Shown here: piece after piece, positions 38,166-46,706 of the stretch
How positions within the stretch are numbered: the stretch's first letter is position 1
How the letters are laid out: each line of letters begins with the position of its first letter
Assembly: GCA_031401135.1 (NCBI GenBank)
Contig: JANNRF010000125.1
Location: 1 to 57,361, forward strand
Reading direction: 5' to 3'
Origin: Deltaproteobacteria bacterium
Lineage (GTDB): Bacteria > Myxococcota_A > UBA9160 > UBA6930
Length of the DNA stretch: 57,361 nt
The notes under the pieces: model-generated
What the model saw: the letters and a program-made list of their open reading frames with translations, nothing else
What the model was told of the DNA's origin: nothing
Databases searched by the model: none
Translations under genes and position numbers: made by a program

Positions 38166-39785
38166 ATGACGCAAGCGTGGGATCGAATCGTCGACGTGAT
38201 CGTGGTTGGCTCTGGTGGCGCGGCGCTCGTGGCGGCGACGCTCGCGCGCGACGGCGGCGCCGAGGTGCTGGTGCTCGAGAAGGCGGAGCAGATCGGCGGC
38301 ACGACCGCTGTCTCCGGCGGCGGCGTCTGGGTGCCGTGCAATGCGCACATGGCGGAGCTCGGTGTCGCGGATTCGCGCGACGAGGCGCTCGCCTACATCC
38401 GCGCGCTCACCAAGGGCAGCGAGCCCGACCCGGAGCTGATCGAGGTCTACGTCGATACCGCGGCCGCGATGGTCGCGTACCTCGAACAGCACACGCCGCT
38501 GCGCATGTTCGCGACGGCGAACTTCGCGGATTATTACGGGCCCTATGGAGTTCCCGGCGCCAAGCCCCAAGGCCGTTCGCTGGAACCGCGTCCGTTTCCG
38601 GTGGGCGCGCAGCTCAGCGCGTGGCGCGACAAGCTCGCGAGCCGCATTTCGATGGCGACGCTCGGCGGCAACACCACGCTCGAAGAGGACTTGTCAGGTA
38701 AGCCCGTCGATGCGAGCGAGATCGAGCGCAGGCAGCGCGAGGACATTCGTCCGAAGGGCGCGGCGCTGGTCGGCGCGCTGTTCAGGGGCCTGCTCGATCG
38801 CGGCGTCACCACCGAGACGGGCGCGCGCGTGCGCGAACTCGTGATCGCGGAGGGCGCGGCCGCGGGCGTGGTGTGCGAGCGCAGCGGAAAGCGCGAGCAC
38901 ATCGGCGCGCGCCAGGGCGTGGTGCTCGCCTGCGGTGGCTTCGAGCACAACGCGGAGTTCGTGAAGGCGTACATCGGCTACGCGCTGCATCCGCTCTCGC
39001 CGCCGAACAACGTGGGCGATGGGCTGCTGCTCGCCCAACAAGCAGGCGCGGCGCTCGCGAACATGGGCTCTTATTGGGGTTCTGGCGTGATGTACGACCC
39101 CACGGTCGTGGGCGCCGACGGCAAGCCCAGCGCGCAGTTCGATGTGGCGCGCGGCATGCCTGGCTCGATCGTCGTAAACCAGGCCGGCCAGCGCTTCGTG
39201 AACGAAGCTGTTCCCTACAACGAGTTCCCGCGCGCCTTCGGCACGTTCGACGCGGTGCAAATGAACTACGCGAACCGTGCGCCGGCTTGGCAGTTGTTCG
39301 ATCACAAGCTGAAAGAACTGATGCCGATGCTCTCGATGAAACCGGGCGAGCCGCCGCCCGCGTGGGTCGCCTGTGCGCCGACGATTCGCGAGCTCGCGCT
39401 GCGCATTGGCCTCGACGCGAATGCGCTCGCGGCGACGGTCGCACGCTTCAACGAGCACGCCGCGCGCCGTGAGGATCCGGACTTTCGGCGTCACGAGATC
39501 GGCTTCCAGCGCGTCGCGAAGCCGCGCCCGCTCGACGTGCCGCCTTATTATGCGCTGGCGATCTGGCCGGGCGCACTCGGCACCAATGGCGGCCCGCGCA
39601 TCGATGCCGACGCTCGCGTCACGCGCGCCGGCGGCGGTGTGGTGCCGGGGCTTTACGCGGCGGGCAACACCGCCGCGAACGCGTTCGGCTGGGCCTATCC
39701 GAGCGGCGGCGGCACGCTCGGCAACGGCATGACGTTCGGCTACCGCGCCGGCCGCCACGTCGCCCAACAACCACGGCGGCTGTGA
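38166..39785 (+). CDS. FAD-dependent oxidoreductase, 3-oxosteroid 1-dehydrogenase (KstD)/fumarate-reductase-flavoprotein-like
   Basis: ATG at 38166. DVIVVGSGGAALVAATLARDGGAEVLVLEKAEQIGGTTAVSGGGVWVP dinucleotide fold. C-terminal VVPGLYAAGNTAANAFGWAYPSGGGTLGNGMTFG. Confidence 0.8.
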   Translation: MTQAWDRIVDVIVVGSGGAALVAATLARDGGAEVLVLEKAEQIGGTTAVSGGGVWVPCNAHMAELGVADSRDEALAYIRALTKGSEPDPELIEVYVDTAAAMVAYLEQHTPLRMFATANFADYYGPYGVPGAKPQGRSLEPRPFPVGAQLSAWRDKLASRISMATLGGNTTLEEDLSGKPVDASEIERRQREDIRPKGAALVGALFRGLLDRGVTTETGARVRELVIAEGAAAGVVCERSGKREHIGARQGVVLACGGFEHNAEFVKAYIGYALHPLSPPNNVGDGLLLAQQAGAALANMGSYWGSGVMYDPTVVGADGKPSAQFDVARGMPGSIVVNQAGQRFVNEAVPYNEFPRAFGTFDAVQMNYANRAPAWQLFDHKLKELMPMLSMKPGEPPPAWVACAPTIRELALRIGLDANALAATVARFNEHAARREDPDFRRHEIGFQRVAKPRPLDVPPYYALAIWPGALGTNGGPRIDADARVTRAGGGVVPGLYAAGNTAANAFGWAYPSGGGTLGNGMTFGYRAGRHVAQQPRRL

Positions 39786-39862
39786 CTGCCACGTAACCCA
39801 AGGTCACGCCCGCAGATTGCTCGATGCCGAGCCAAGCAAGCGGCAGGGCGCGAGGCCGCAAG

Positions 39863-39962
39863 CGAAGCGCGCAGCGAGCCGCAGGCGAGCGAAGTCAGCC
39901 GAGGGGAACGCGGGTGCGCAGCACCCGCCGAAGCGCGCAGCGAGCCGCAGGCGAGCGGAGTC
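39863..39962. repeat. Two 34-bp direct repeats (1 mismatch, 66-bp period) in a convergent intergenic region
   Basis: CGAAGCGCGCAGCGAGCCGCAGGCGAGCGAAGTC at 39863-39896 and CGAAGCGCGCAGCGAGCCGCAGGCGAGCGGAGTC at 39929-39962. A 7-bp hairpin GCGGGTG/CACCCGC (39910-39928) lies between them. Confidence 0.9.
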
Positions 39963-39973
39963 AACAAGGAAGA

Positions 39974-40012
39974 CCGGAACTCTGAGCGTGCCTTGCGCGC
40001 TCAGAGTTCCGG
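39974..40012. terminator. 15-bp perfect hairpin between convergent genes (possible bidirectional terminator; no U-tract)
   Basis: CCGGAACTCTGAGCG (39974-39988) pairs with CGCTCAGAGTTCCGG (39998-40012). The right arm overlaps the last codons and stop of the minus-strand SDR. Confidence 0.5.
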
Positions 40013-40786
40013 CGCCCACGCCACGCCGTTGATGTGCGCCCCGCCATCCACGAACAGCGTGTTGCCTGTTAGGTAGCGGCAGTCCTCGGACGCCAGGAAC
40101 AGCGCGACGCCCGCGATGTCTCGCTCCGGGTCGCCCATGCGTCCCATCGGATTCGCCGCGGCCATCGCCTGCGCAGTTTCCGGGTTCGCGTCATAGAAGG
40201 CCTGGTACGCCGTCGTCGCCGCGGCGGGGCAGATCACGTTTGCGCAGATGCCGTAGCGCGCCCATTCGCGAGCGGCTGTGCGCGTGAGTGCGCGCTGCGC
40301 CTCCTTCGCGGTGTTGTATTCGAGGGTTCCCATGTGCGCGTTCACGCCGTTCAGCGAGCAGAGGTTGACGATGCGGCCCCAGCTCTGGCGCTGCATGTGC
40401 GGGAAGGCCGCCTGCATCGCCCAGAACGCGCTCATCATGCCGACGCGAAAACCGTGCTCCATCAGCGCGTCGGTCTTCTTCTCGAGGCGCCCGATCGCAC
40501 CGCCGCCCCAGGCATTATTGACGAGCACGTCGAGGCGCCCGAAGCGCGAAGCCGCGAGCTCGACCGCGGCAAGCACCTGCTGCTTGATCCCGACATCGGT
40601 GGCGTGGAACTCGGCGCGCGCGCCGAACTCGCGTTGCAGCTCGGCGACGCAGCGCTCGCCGGCAGCGACATCGCGATCGGCTACGACGACCGCGGCGCCC
40701 TCCGCCGCGTATCGCCGCGCAATGCCGCGGCCGATGCCGAGGCCTGCGCCCGTAATCAATGCGACGCGGCCATCCAGAACACCCAT
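40001..40786 (-). CDS. Short-chain dehydrogenase/reductase (SDR)
   Basis: ATG at 40786. MGVLDGRVALITGAGLGIGRGIA, NNAWGG and YNTAKEA (YxxxK) motifs. The ORF extension up to 41188 is Arg-rich and overlaps the next gene. Confidence 0.85.
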   Translation of the reverse strand: MGVLDGRVALITGAGLGIGRGIARRYAAEGAAVVVADRDVAAGERCVAELQREFGARAEFHATDVGIKQQVLAAVELAASRFGRLDVLVNNAWGGGAIGRLEKKTDALMEHGFRVGMMSAFWAMQAAFPHMQRQSWGRIVNLCSLNGVNAHMGTLEYNTAKEAQRALTRTAAREWARYGICANVICPAAATTAYQAFYDANPETAQAMAAANPMGRMGDPERDIAGVALFLASEDCRYLTGNTLFVDGGAHINGVAWAPEL

Positions 40787-40800
40787 CTTCGCCCCTTGTT

Positions 40801-41793
40801 TCAGTGCGCGATCTTCGCGCCGCCGTACTGCGCGATCAGCGCGTCGTCGCGCGCGAAGTCGAACGTGTATCGCCCGCGGCCCTCGCGCACGAACCACTCG
40901 TAGGAATCGCGGTAGCCGTCTTCGAGCCCGAAGCGCGGTGCCCACGGCAACTCGCGCAGCGCCTTGTCGATCGAGAAGTAGACGCTGCCCGTAATGGCTT
41001 CGCCCCAGTGCACGAGCGGCGGCTGCGCACGCCGAGCGGCCTCCATCGGCACGTGGAGCAGCGTCGCGTCGACGCCCATCGCGCGCGCCATCAGCTGCAC
41101 CATGCCGCTCACGGTCGCGGCCTCTCGGCCGAGCACGTTGTAGGTCTGGCCGATCGAGGCATCCGTCTCGATCACGGCGGCCATACACGCAGCCACGTCG
41201 GCGACATGAATCAGGTGGACGAGCGGCAAGCCCTCACCGGGAATCGGGATCGGGCGCTTCTGCTCGAGCCGCGCGAAGAACACCGGGTCGCGCGTCGCGA
41301 GCGGCGACATCGGCCCGAGCGTGTGGCCGACGCGCAGCGTGCTGAATGGAAAGCCGCTGCGCGCGTGCTCGGCCGCGAGCAGGTCTTCGCAGCGCACTTT
41401 GCCGACGCCGTAAGCCTTGCGCGGGTCCTCGTCGCCCGGGTCGTGACGGCGAAACGCTTCGAGCACCGGCTGCACGAAGCTGCGCCGATACACCGCGGTC
41501 GAGCTCGTGAACACGTAGTGCCGAACGCGACCGCGGAACAGCTCGATCAGCGGCAGCACGTCCCGCGGCGTGTACGAGGTGTTATCGAACACCGCGTCGA
41601 ACTCGCCCTGGCGCGGCCCGAGCACGGCGTCGAGCACGCCCGGCTTTTGGCGATCGCCGTGGAGGCGGCGCACGCCCTGCGGCAGCGCGACCTCGTGGCT
41701 GTTCATCACGCTCACGTCGTGCCCGCGCCGCGCGAGTTCGAACACGAGGTGCAGGCCGATGTAACGATTGCCGCCGAGCACTAAAACGCGCAT
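40801..41793 (-). CDS. NAD-dependent epimerase/dehydratase family protein
   Basis: MRVLVLGGNRYIGLHLVFELARRGHDV Rossmann N-terminus and YGVGK (YxxxK). ATG at 41793 follows SD AGGAG. An alternative ATG at 41820 forms an ATGA overlap with the upstream gene. Confidence 0.82.
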   Translation of the reverse strand: MRVLVLGGNRYIGLHLVFELARRGHDVSVMNSHEVALPQGVRRLHGDRQKPGVLDAVLGPRQGEFDAVFDNTSYTPRDVLPLIELFRGRVRHYVFTSSTAVYRRSFVQPVLEAFRRHDPGDEDPRKAYGVGKVRCEDLLAAEHARSGFPFSTLRVGHTLGPMSPLATRDPVFFARLEQKRPIPIPGEGLPLVHLIHVADVAACMAAVIETDASIGQTYNVLGREAATVSGMVQLMARAMGVDATLLHVPMEAARRAQPPLVHWGEAITGSVYFSIDKALRELPWAPRFGLEDGYRDSYEWFVREGRGRYTFDFARDDALIAQYGGAKIAH

Positions 41794-41816
41794 GGGAGAA
41801 CTCCTGGCGAGCGACG

Positions 41817-42284
41817 TCATAGAACCTGATAGATGCGGTACTTGATCTTGAACCCCGGCAGCATCTGCCCGTAGCCCACGGCTACGGTCTTGTTGAGCCA
41901 CAGATATTGCGCGTGGCCCGTCTCGAAGCTGGGCGTCGTCCGCAGGTAGTAATCCGAGCCGTCGCTGTCACCGTGGCTCAGCGCGCGCGCGATCGCTTCC
42001 GCCGGGCCGTGCATCAGGCCCGTGTACTGCACGAGGATGTAGGCGTCGTCGTGGGTGCGCAGCGTCATGCGCACGTCGAGGCGGCCGACGCCGTCTGCGC
42101 GCGTGAGGCCCCATTCGCCGCCGGGCGGCGACACGATCACGCCGCGCATACGCGGACCTGCGAAGTGCCCGCCCGTCACGGGAATTACGCTGCGATTGCC
42201 GAAGGGTCCGTTGCCGATCGGCTGCGGCGCGCCGAGGTCGCAGGTGATTTCATAGAGCAGCTCCGCATCGAGCTTCGTCGTCAT
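41817..42284 (-). CDS. DUF3237 (UPF0311) family protein
   Basis: ATG at 42284 after SD GAGGAA. 155 aa. GNGPFGNRSVIPVTGGHFAGPRMRGVIVSPPGGEWGLTRADG...DVRMTLRTHDDAYILVQYTG is typical of DUF3237. Confidence 0.7.
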   Translation of the reverse strand: MTTKLDAELLYEITCDLGAPQPIGNGPFGNRSVIPVTGGHFAGPRMRGVIVSPPGGEWGLTRADGVGRLDVRMTLRTHDDAYILVQYTGLMHGPAEAIARALSHGDSDGSDYYLRTTPSFETGHAQYLWLNKTVAVGYGQMLPGFKIKYRIYQVL

Positions 42285-42373
42285 GCCGGGTTTCCTCGGA
42301 AGCGGGAAGCGCGTTGGTAGCGCGATCGCCGCCCGCATCTCGATTGTTATCACGAGACCGGTAACGTCCGCCG

Positions 42374-43834
42374 ATGCCGCGCAGCACGAAGATCGTCGCG
42401 ACTCTGGGGCCAGCGTCGAGCGATCCGAAGATCCTCGAGCGCATGATCGCCGCCGGCGCCGACGTGATCCGCTTCAACTTTTCCCACGGCGGCGATGCCG
42501 AAGACCGGCTCGCTCGCGCGAAGACGGTGCGCGAGGCCGCTCGCCGCTGCGGCCGCGAAGTCGGCATCCTGGTCGATTTGCAAGGCCCGAAGATCCGCGT
42601 CGGCCGCTTTGCTGGGGGCAAGGTTCAGCTCGAACCCGGCGCGCGCTTCGTGCTCGATCCGACTTGCGCGCTCGGCAGCATCGAGCGCGTCGGGCTCGAT
42701 TATCAGGATTTGCCGCGCGAGGTGAGCGGCGGCGACGTGCTGCTCTTGAACGACGGCATGATCGTGCTCGATGTCGAGCGCGTGCTCGGCCACGAGATCC
42801 ACACCGTGGTGCGCACCGGCGGCGAACTCGCCGACAAGAAAGGCATCAACAAACAGGGCGGCGGACTCTCGGCCAGCGCGCTGACGGACAAGGACGCGCG
42901 CGACATCGAGATCGCGATCGCCTGCGGCGCGGATTACATCGCGGTGTCGTTCGTGAAAAGCCGCGCCGATGTCGAACTCGCCCGGCGGCTGGCAGCGCGG
43001 GCCGGCGCAGCGCACGGCGTAAACCCGCTGATCATCGCGAAGATCGAGCGCGCCGAAGCGATTCCGGTGCTGGATTCGATTCTCGACGCCTCTGACGGCG
43101 TGATGGTCGCCCGCGGCGACCTCGCCGTTGAGGTGGGCAACGCGGCGGTGCCCGCGCTCCAGAAGCGCATGATCAAAGCGGCGCGCAAGGCAAGCAAGCT
43201 GGCGATCACCGCGACGCAGATGATGGAGTCGATGATCCAGAACTCGGTGCCGACGCGCGCCGAAGTCAGCGATGTCGCCAACGCGGTGCTCGACGGCACC
43301 GACGCCGTGATGCTCTCAGCCGAGACCGCGACCGGCCGCTACCCGGTGGAAACCGTGGAGGCGACGGCCTCGATCGTGACCGAAGCGGACCGTTCGGAAA
43401 CCGTCGAGCTCGACTCGCAGTTCCTGAACCAGACTTTTTCGCACGTGAACCAGTCGATCTCGTACGGCGCGCTCTTCACTGCGTTTCACTTGCGCTGCGC
43501 GGCGATCTGCACGCTCACCGAATCCGGCCAGACCGCGCTCTGGATGAGCCGCCACGACATCGACGTGCCGATCTATGCGCAGACCTCGAGCGAGGCGACC
43601 CAGCGCCGGCTCTCGCTCTACCGCAACGTGCACCCCGTCTACATGGGGCGCACGAACGACCGCGACGGCGCCTTGCGCGCTTCCGAACGCATCCTGCTCG
43701 AGCAGGGCGCCGTGAAGCGCGGCGATCTGATCGTGCTCACGATCGGCGAGCCGATGGGCCAACCCGGCGGCACGAACACGCTCAAGATCGTGCGCGTCGG
43801 CGAAGAGCGCGGGCGGGCGACGCCTCGCAAGTAA
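42374..43834 (+). CDS. pyk: Pyruvate kinase
   Basis: MPRSTKIVATLGPAS, IRFNFSHG, MVARGDLAVEVG and SAETATGRYPVE motifs. Confidence 0.93.
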   Translation: MPRSTKIVATLGPASSDPKILERMIAAGADVIRFNFSHGGDAEDRLARAKTVREAARRCGREVGILVDLQGPKIRVGRFAGGKVQLEPGARFVLDPTCALGSIERVGLDYQDLPREVSGGDVLLLNDGMIVLDVERVLGHEIHTVVRTGGELADKKGINKQGGGLSASALTDKDARDIEIAIACGADYIAVSFVKSRADVELARRLAARAGAAHGVNPLIIAKIERAEAIPVLDSILDASDGVMVARGDLAVEVGNAAVPALQKRMIKAARKASKLAITATQMMESMIQNSVPTRAEVSDVANAVLDGTDAVMLSAETATGRYPVETVEATASIVTEADRSETVELDSQFLNQTFSHVNQSISYGALFTAFHLRCAAICTLTESGQTALWMSRHDIDVPIYAQTSSEATQRRLSLYRNVHPVYMGRTNDRDGALRASERILLEQGAVKRGDLIVLTIGEPMGQPGGTNTLKIVRVGEERGRATPRK

Positions 43835-43839
43835 CCAAT

Positions 43840-43871
43840 GGGGCCGCGATCACGCGTGTGACCGCGGCCCC
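43840..43871. terminator. Strong GC hairpin between convergent pyk and urcA-like genes
   Basis: GGGGCCGCGATCAC-GCGT-GTGACCGCGGCCCC, a 14-bp stem with one mismatch. It starts 6 nt after the pyk stop. Confidence 0.6.
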
Positions 43872-43878
43872 TCGGCGG

Positions 43879-44220
43879 TTACTTCTTCGCGACGTTGCCG
43901 GTCAGGCCGCTGCCCATCGCGAGGTGCTTGTTCGACAGCGCGTGGCTGCCAACCGACGCCACGGCGCCGTCCAGCGCCACGCCCATGCACGAGTTCCACT
44001 CGCGCATCTGAGCGACCGAACGGCCTTCGGCACCAGCACAGACCGTGCGCGCCGCCGCGCGAATCCGGCTGTAGAGAGCATCGACTCCCGCATCGTTCGC
44101 GAGATTGAGATCAGCAACCTGCACTGTGACCTGCTTGGCTTCACCGCTGCTGGCGAGCATCGGCGCGGCGAACAGGCTCGAGGCGAGGGCGAGGGAAAGC
44201 GATACGGCGAGCTTCTTCAC
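43879..44220 (-). CDS. UrcA family secreted protein
   Basis: GTG start and signal peptide MKKLAVSLSLALASSLFAAPMLA. VADLNLANDAGVDALYSRIRAAARTVC is the UrcA-family signature region. Confidence 0.7.
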   Translation of the reverse strand: MKKLAVSLSLALASSLFAAPMLASSGEAKQVTVQVADLNLANDAGVDALYSRIRAAARTVCAGAEGRSVAQMREWNSCMGVALDGAVASVGSHALSNKHLAMGSGLTGNVAKK

Positions 44221-44470
44221 GGAGGTCCTCTCGTTGGGCGCCGGGGGTGAAACCGCTCGAAGCGGTGAGTGGCGCGAGATGGACCTCTTTCGGCGCGAGG
44301 ATCGCAGACCTGAAGTGAAAACAACTCAGTCGGAGTCTCGAAGAACGCGCGTCGCCGGAGATTGGGGCGCGAACGAGGACCGGCATGCGCTCAAGGAGCA
44401 AGAGAGGATGGGAGAAGCCCGCGTGCGCGGGTCGCGCTGAAGCTGCCGCCGCGCGCCGCGAGCGCCGCTC

Positions 44471-44761
44471 TCAGCTCTCGGGCGCTTTGTCCCGGCGCGT
44501 CCAGCCGCGCTCCTGCATGCAGTTCTCGCGGATGCGCTTGCCGAAGGGGCGGAAGAGCGTCGGGCGCACCTGCGGGTAGAGGCGGAACTCGATGCCGATG
44601 CCACCGCGCATGTAGCCATTCGCGTAGTCGGCGATCGTGCTCGCGCCTTCCGCGCACTCATGGAAGTCGCCGTACCAATCCTGGCGGCTCTTCGCTGAGT
44701 TGGTCCAGTGCGAACAACCCAGCAGGGGAAGCAGCGCCAGTGCGATGAGCGCTCGTTTCAT
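44471..44761 (-). CDS. Small lipoprotein (hypothetical)
   Basis: ATG at 44761 after SD GGGAGG. Lipobox MKRALIALALLPLLG-C. 96 aa. Confidence 0.7.
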   Translation of the reverse strand: MKRALIALALLPLLGCSHWTNSAKSRQDWYGDFHECAEGASTIADYANGYMRGGIGIEFRLYPQVRPTLFRPFGKRIRENCMQERGWTRRDKAPES

Positions 44762-44841
44762 GTGCCTCCCCAGACCCGTGAGCCGGCCGGAGCTTGGCTC
44801 CTGAGCTTGCGTGTCGCCACCGGTTTCTTCGGCACGATGCC

Positions 44842-45876
44842 TCATTCGCTGGACTCGGCCCCGGCGGGGGCGCTGTTCGCGTGTTGAAGCGGCGAGTCCG
44901 CGCAGACCCGCTCGATGCCGTAGTTCGCGGGGTCGTCGATCTGCCCCGCCTGGATCATCTGCGCGAGCACCTTCTCGGTGAAGGTCTCGGTGTCGCGCTT
45001 GGCGTAGTCCTCGCGCCGCGCGCGCACTGCCGGCGCATCCAGCTCGGCGCAGTGCTCGAGGATCGCAGGCTTCACGCGCACCCAGCGCCCCGGCGTGACC
45101 ACGTTCGGCGCGTAGGACTCGTCCCATTCCGGCGAGACGTACGGCCGCAGATCGAATGGTTCGCGCAGCTGCCAGCCCGCTTCCGTGCGCAGCAGATCCG
45201 GCTGCTCGCCCTCGCACAACTTCACGTACCAGAGCAGGCCCTGATAATTCGCCTCGAGGTCGCCCGGCGACGCGACGCCGGAGATCACGCCGCCGAGCAC
45301 GGTCATCTCGAGCGCGACGCCGCGCCGCACCGCGAGCTCCTCGGCCTCGGCCACGCTCGCGCCGTTCGCGCGCGCCGTCTCGTACCAGTCGAGGTAGAAG
45401 TGCCCCTCGGAAAAGAAGTGCGAGATCTTGTCGGTGCCGATGCGGACACCGGCGACTTCGACGGTCGGGCTCGGCGGCGCCAGGCGACCGAGGTCGTACC
45501 AGGCGATACCGCGGTAGATCCAGTTCTTGCGGTAGTCGAGCTCTTCCTGGCGCGTCGCGGGAATCCGCTGCAGCACGGACGTGCGCGCAGCCCACAACTC
45601 GATCTTCTGGAAGATGAACTTCGTGTAGCGAGCCTTGATCACGTCGATCACTTCGCGGCATTCCGTGCCACGCCCCGCGTCTTCGGCGTTGACTTCAGCG
45701 AGCGCCGCGCGCAGCTCGAAGTTGATCTTGGCATTGAGCCCCGCTCCCGAATCTGCGAGCGGGCGATCCCAGCCGTAGTACTGGTCCGTCTCGAGCGCGC
45801 TGGCAGGGGCGACGAGCACGAGCACGGCGAGCGCGAGCGCGCACGCCTGCTCCGCGGTTCGCTTCAGAAGCCCCAT
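44842..45876 (-). CDS. Secreted hypothetical protein
   Basis: ATG at 45876. Signal peptide MGLLKRTAEQACALALAVLVLVAPASA, then LETDQYYGW.... Good GC3 throughout. No family recognised. The start overlaps the upstream gene end by 13 nt. Confidence 0.65.
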   Translation of the reverse strand: MGLLKRTAEQACALALAVLVLVAPASALETDQYYGWDRPLADSGAGLNAKINFELRAALAEVNAEDAGRGTECREVIDVIKARYTKFIFQKIELWAARTSVLQRIPATRQEELDYRKNWIYRGIAWYDLGRLAPPSPTVEVAGVRIGTDKISHFFSEGHFYLDWYETARANGASVAEAEELAVRRGVALEMTVLGGVISGVASPGDLEANYQGLLWYVKLCEGEQPDLLRTEAGWQLREPFDLRPYVSPEWDESYAPNVVTPGRWVRVKPAILEHCAELDAPAVRARREDYAKRDTETFTEKVLAQMIQAGQIDDPANYGIERVCADSPLQHANSAPAGAESSE

Positions 45877-46436
45877 CCGATCCCCCCAGAAACAAGCCAT
45901 GGCCGGCGCGCGTCCTCGTCCCCGATGCGACGGTAGAACCCCAGCGTCAGATTCAGGCTGACGACCGTGAACTCGCCCTCGAGGCCGACGTGCCACTCGC
46001 GATCCGGCCGACGCCAGGTGTCGCCCCACGTTCGCAGCACAGAAGCTCGCACGGCGTAACCCATATAGCGCCGCGTCAGGAAGAACTTGTTGTCGCCAAG
46101 TTCTCCGATCAGATAGGCCGGGCCGAGGTTGAACTGCGCGCCGCCTACGCCGGCATCGACGCTCGCGAGCCAGCCGGTCAGTTCACACTGCATCGCGCAG
46201 TCGATCTCGCGCGAGCGCTCACCCAGCAGCACGCCGGCGCCGGTGGAGGCGACCAACGGGTAGGAGATACGCGCGCGCGCAACACCGAAGGCCTGCCATG
46301 TGCGCTCGGTCTCGCGCTGCAGGGCCTCCTCGAACGGCGCTGCATCGGCGGCGAGAGGCGGCTCCGCGGACTCGGGTGCCTGCGCGTCGGCGTTCGCGCC
46401 GCACAGCCAGATTCCGATGCCGAGTACGAGGCGCAC
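45864..46436 (-). CDS. Probable outer-membrane beta-barrel protein (hypothetical)
   Basis: Alternating beta-strand-like sequence ending in the aromatic terminus ...VSGGIGWGF. GTG at 46436 gives the signal-like MRLVLGIGIWLCGANADAQA. The longest ORF starts at 46562. Confidence 0.55.
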   Translation of the reverse strand: MRLVLGIGIWLCGANADAQAPESAEPPLAADAAPFEEALQRETERTWQAFGVARARISYPLVASTGAGVLLGERSREIDCAMQCELTGWLASVDAGVGGAQFNLGPAYLIGELGDNKFFLTRRYMGYAVRASVLRTWGDTWRRPDREWHVGLEGEFTVVSLNLTLGFYRRIGDEDARRPWLVSGGIGWGF

Positions 46437-46706
46437 GCGCGCGCCGCAAACACTTCGTGCGATCTGCAACGCGCTGTCCCCTCCAAGTCCTCGCCGCGGT
46501 GCGTTTATCGCAGCGTCCACGCTCGCCAGCAAGCGGCGCTTCGCCGCGCGCAGCGAGGCCACGCGAGCCTTGGGCTCGCGTGAGCCGAGCGGAGATCGAA
46601 CAGTGGCCTCCGCGAGTGCTGCGCCCCGCCGTTCGCATTCCCGCGACGCCGCTCACCAGCAAGCATCGCGTCAAGGACTCCCGCGGATCGGTCGATTCTG
46701 CTCGCG

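Noticed and set aside
39863-39962. Possible CRISPR array
   Set aside because: There are only two full repeat copies, the spacer is 32 bp with internal hairpin symmetry, and no cas genes or leader are present. This does not meet the minimum criteria.
39817-40032. 71-aa ORF across the intergenic repeats
   Set aside because: Its sequence is just the 34-bp repeat translated twice (KRAASRRRA), and it runs into the 3' end of the convergent SDR gene. It is treated as non-coding repeat DNA.
44221-44470. ORFs in the 250-nt spacer upstream of the urcA-like gene (44105-44440 on the plus strand, 44141-44401 on the minus strand)
   Set aside because: They are short and Arg/Glu-rich, mutually overlapping on both strands, and have no SD-start arrangement. 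This is most likely a promoter or leader region.
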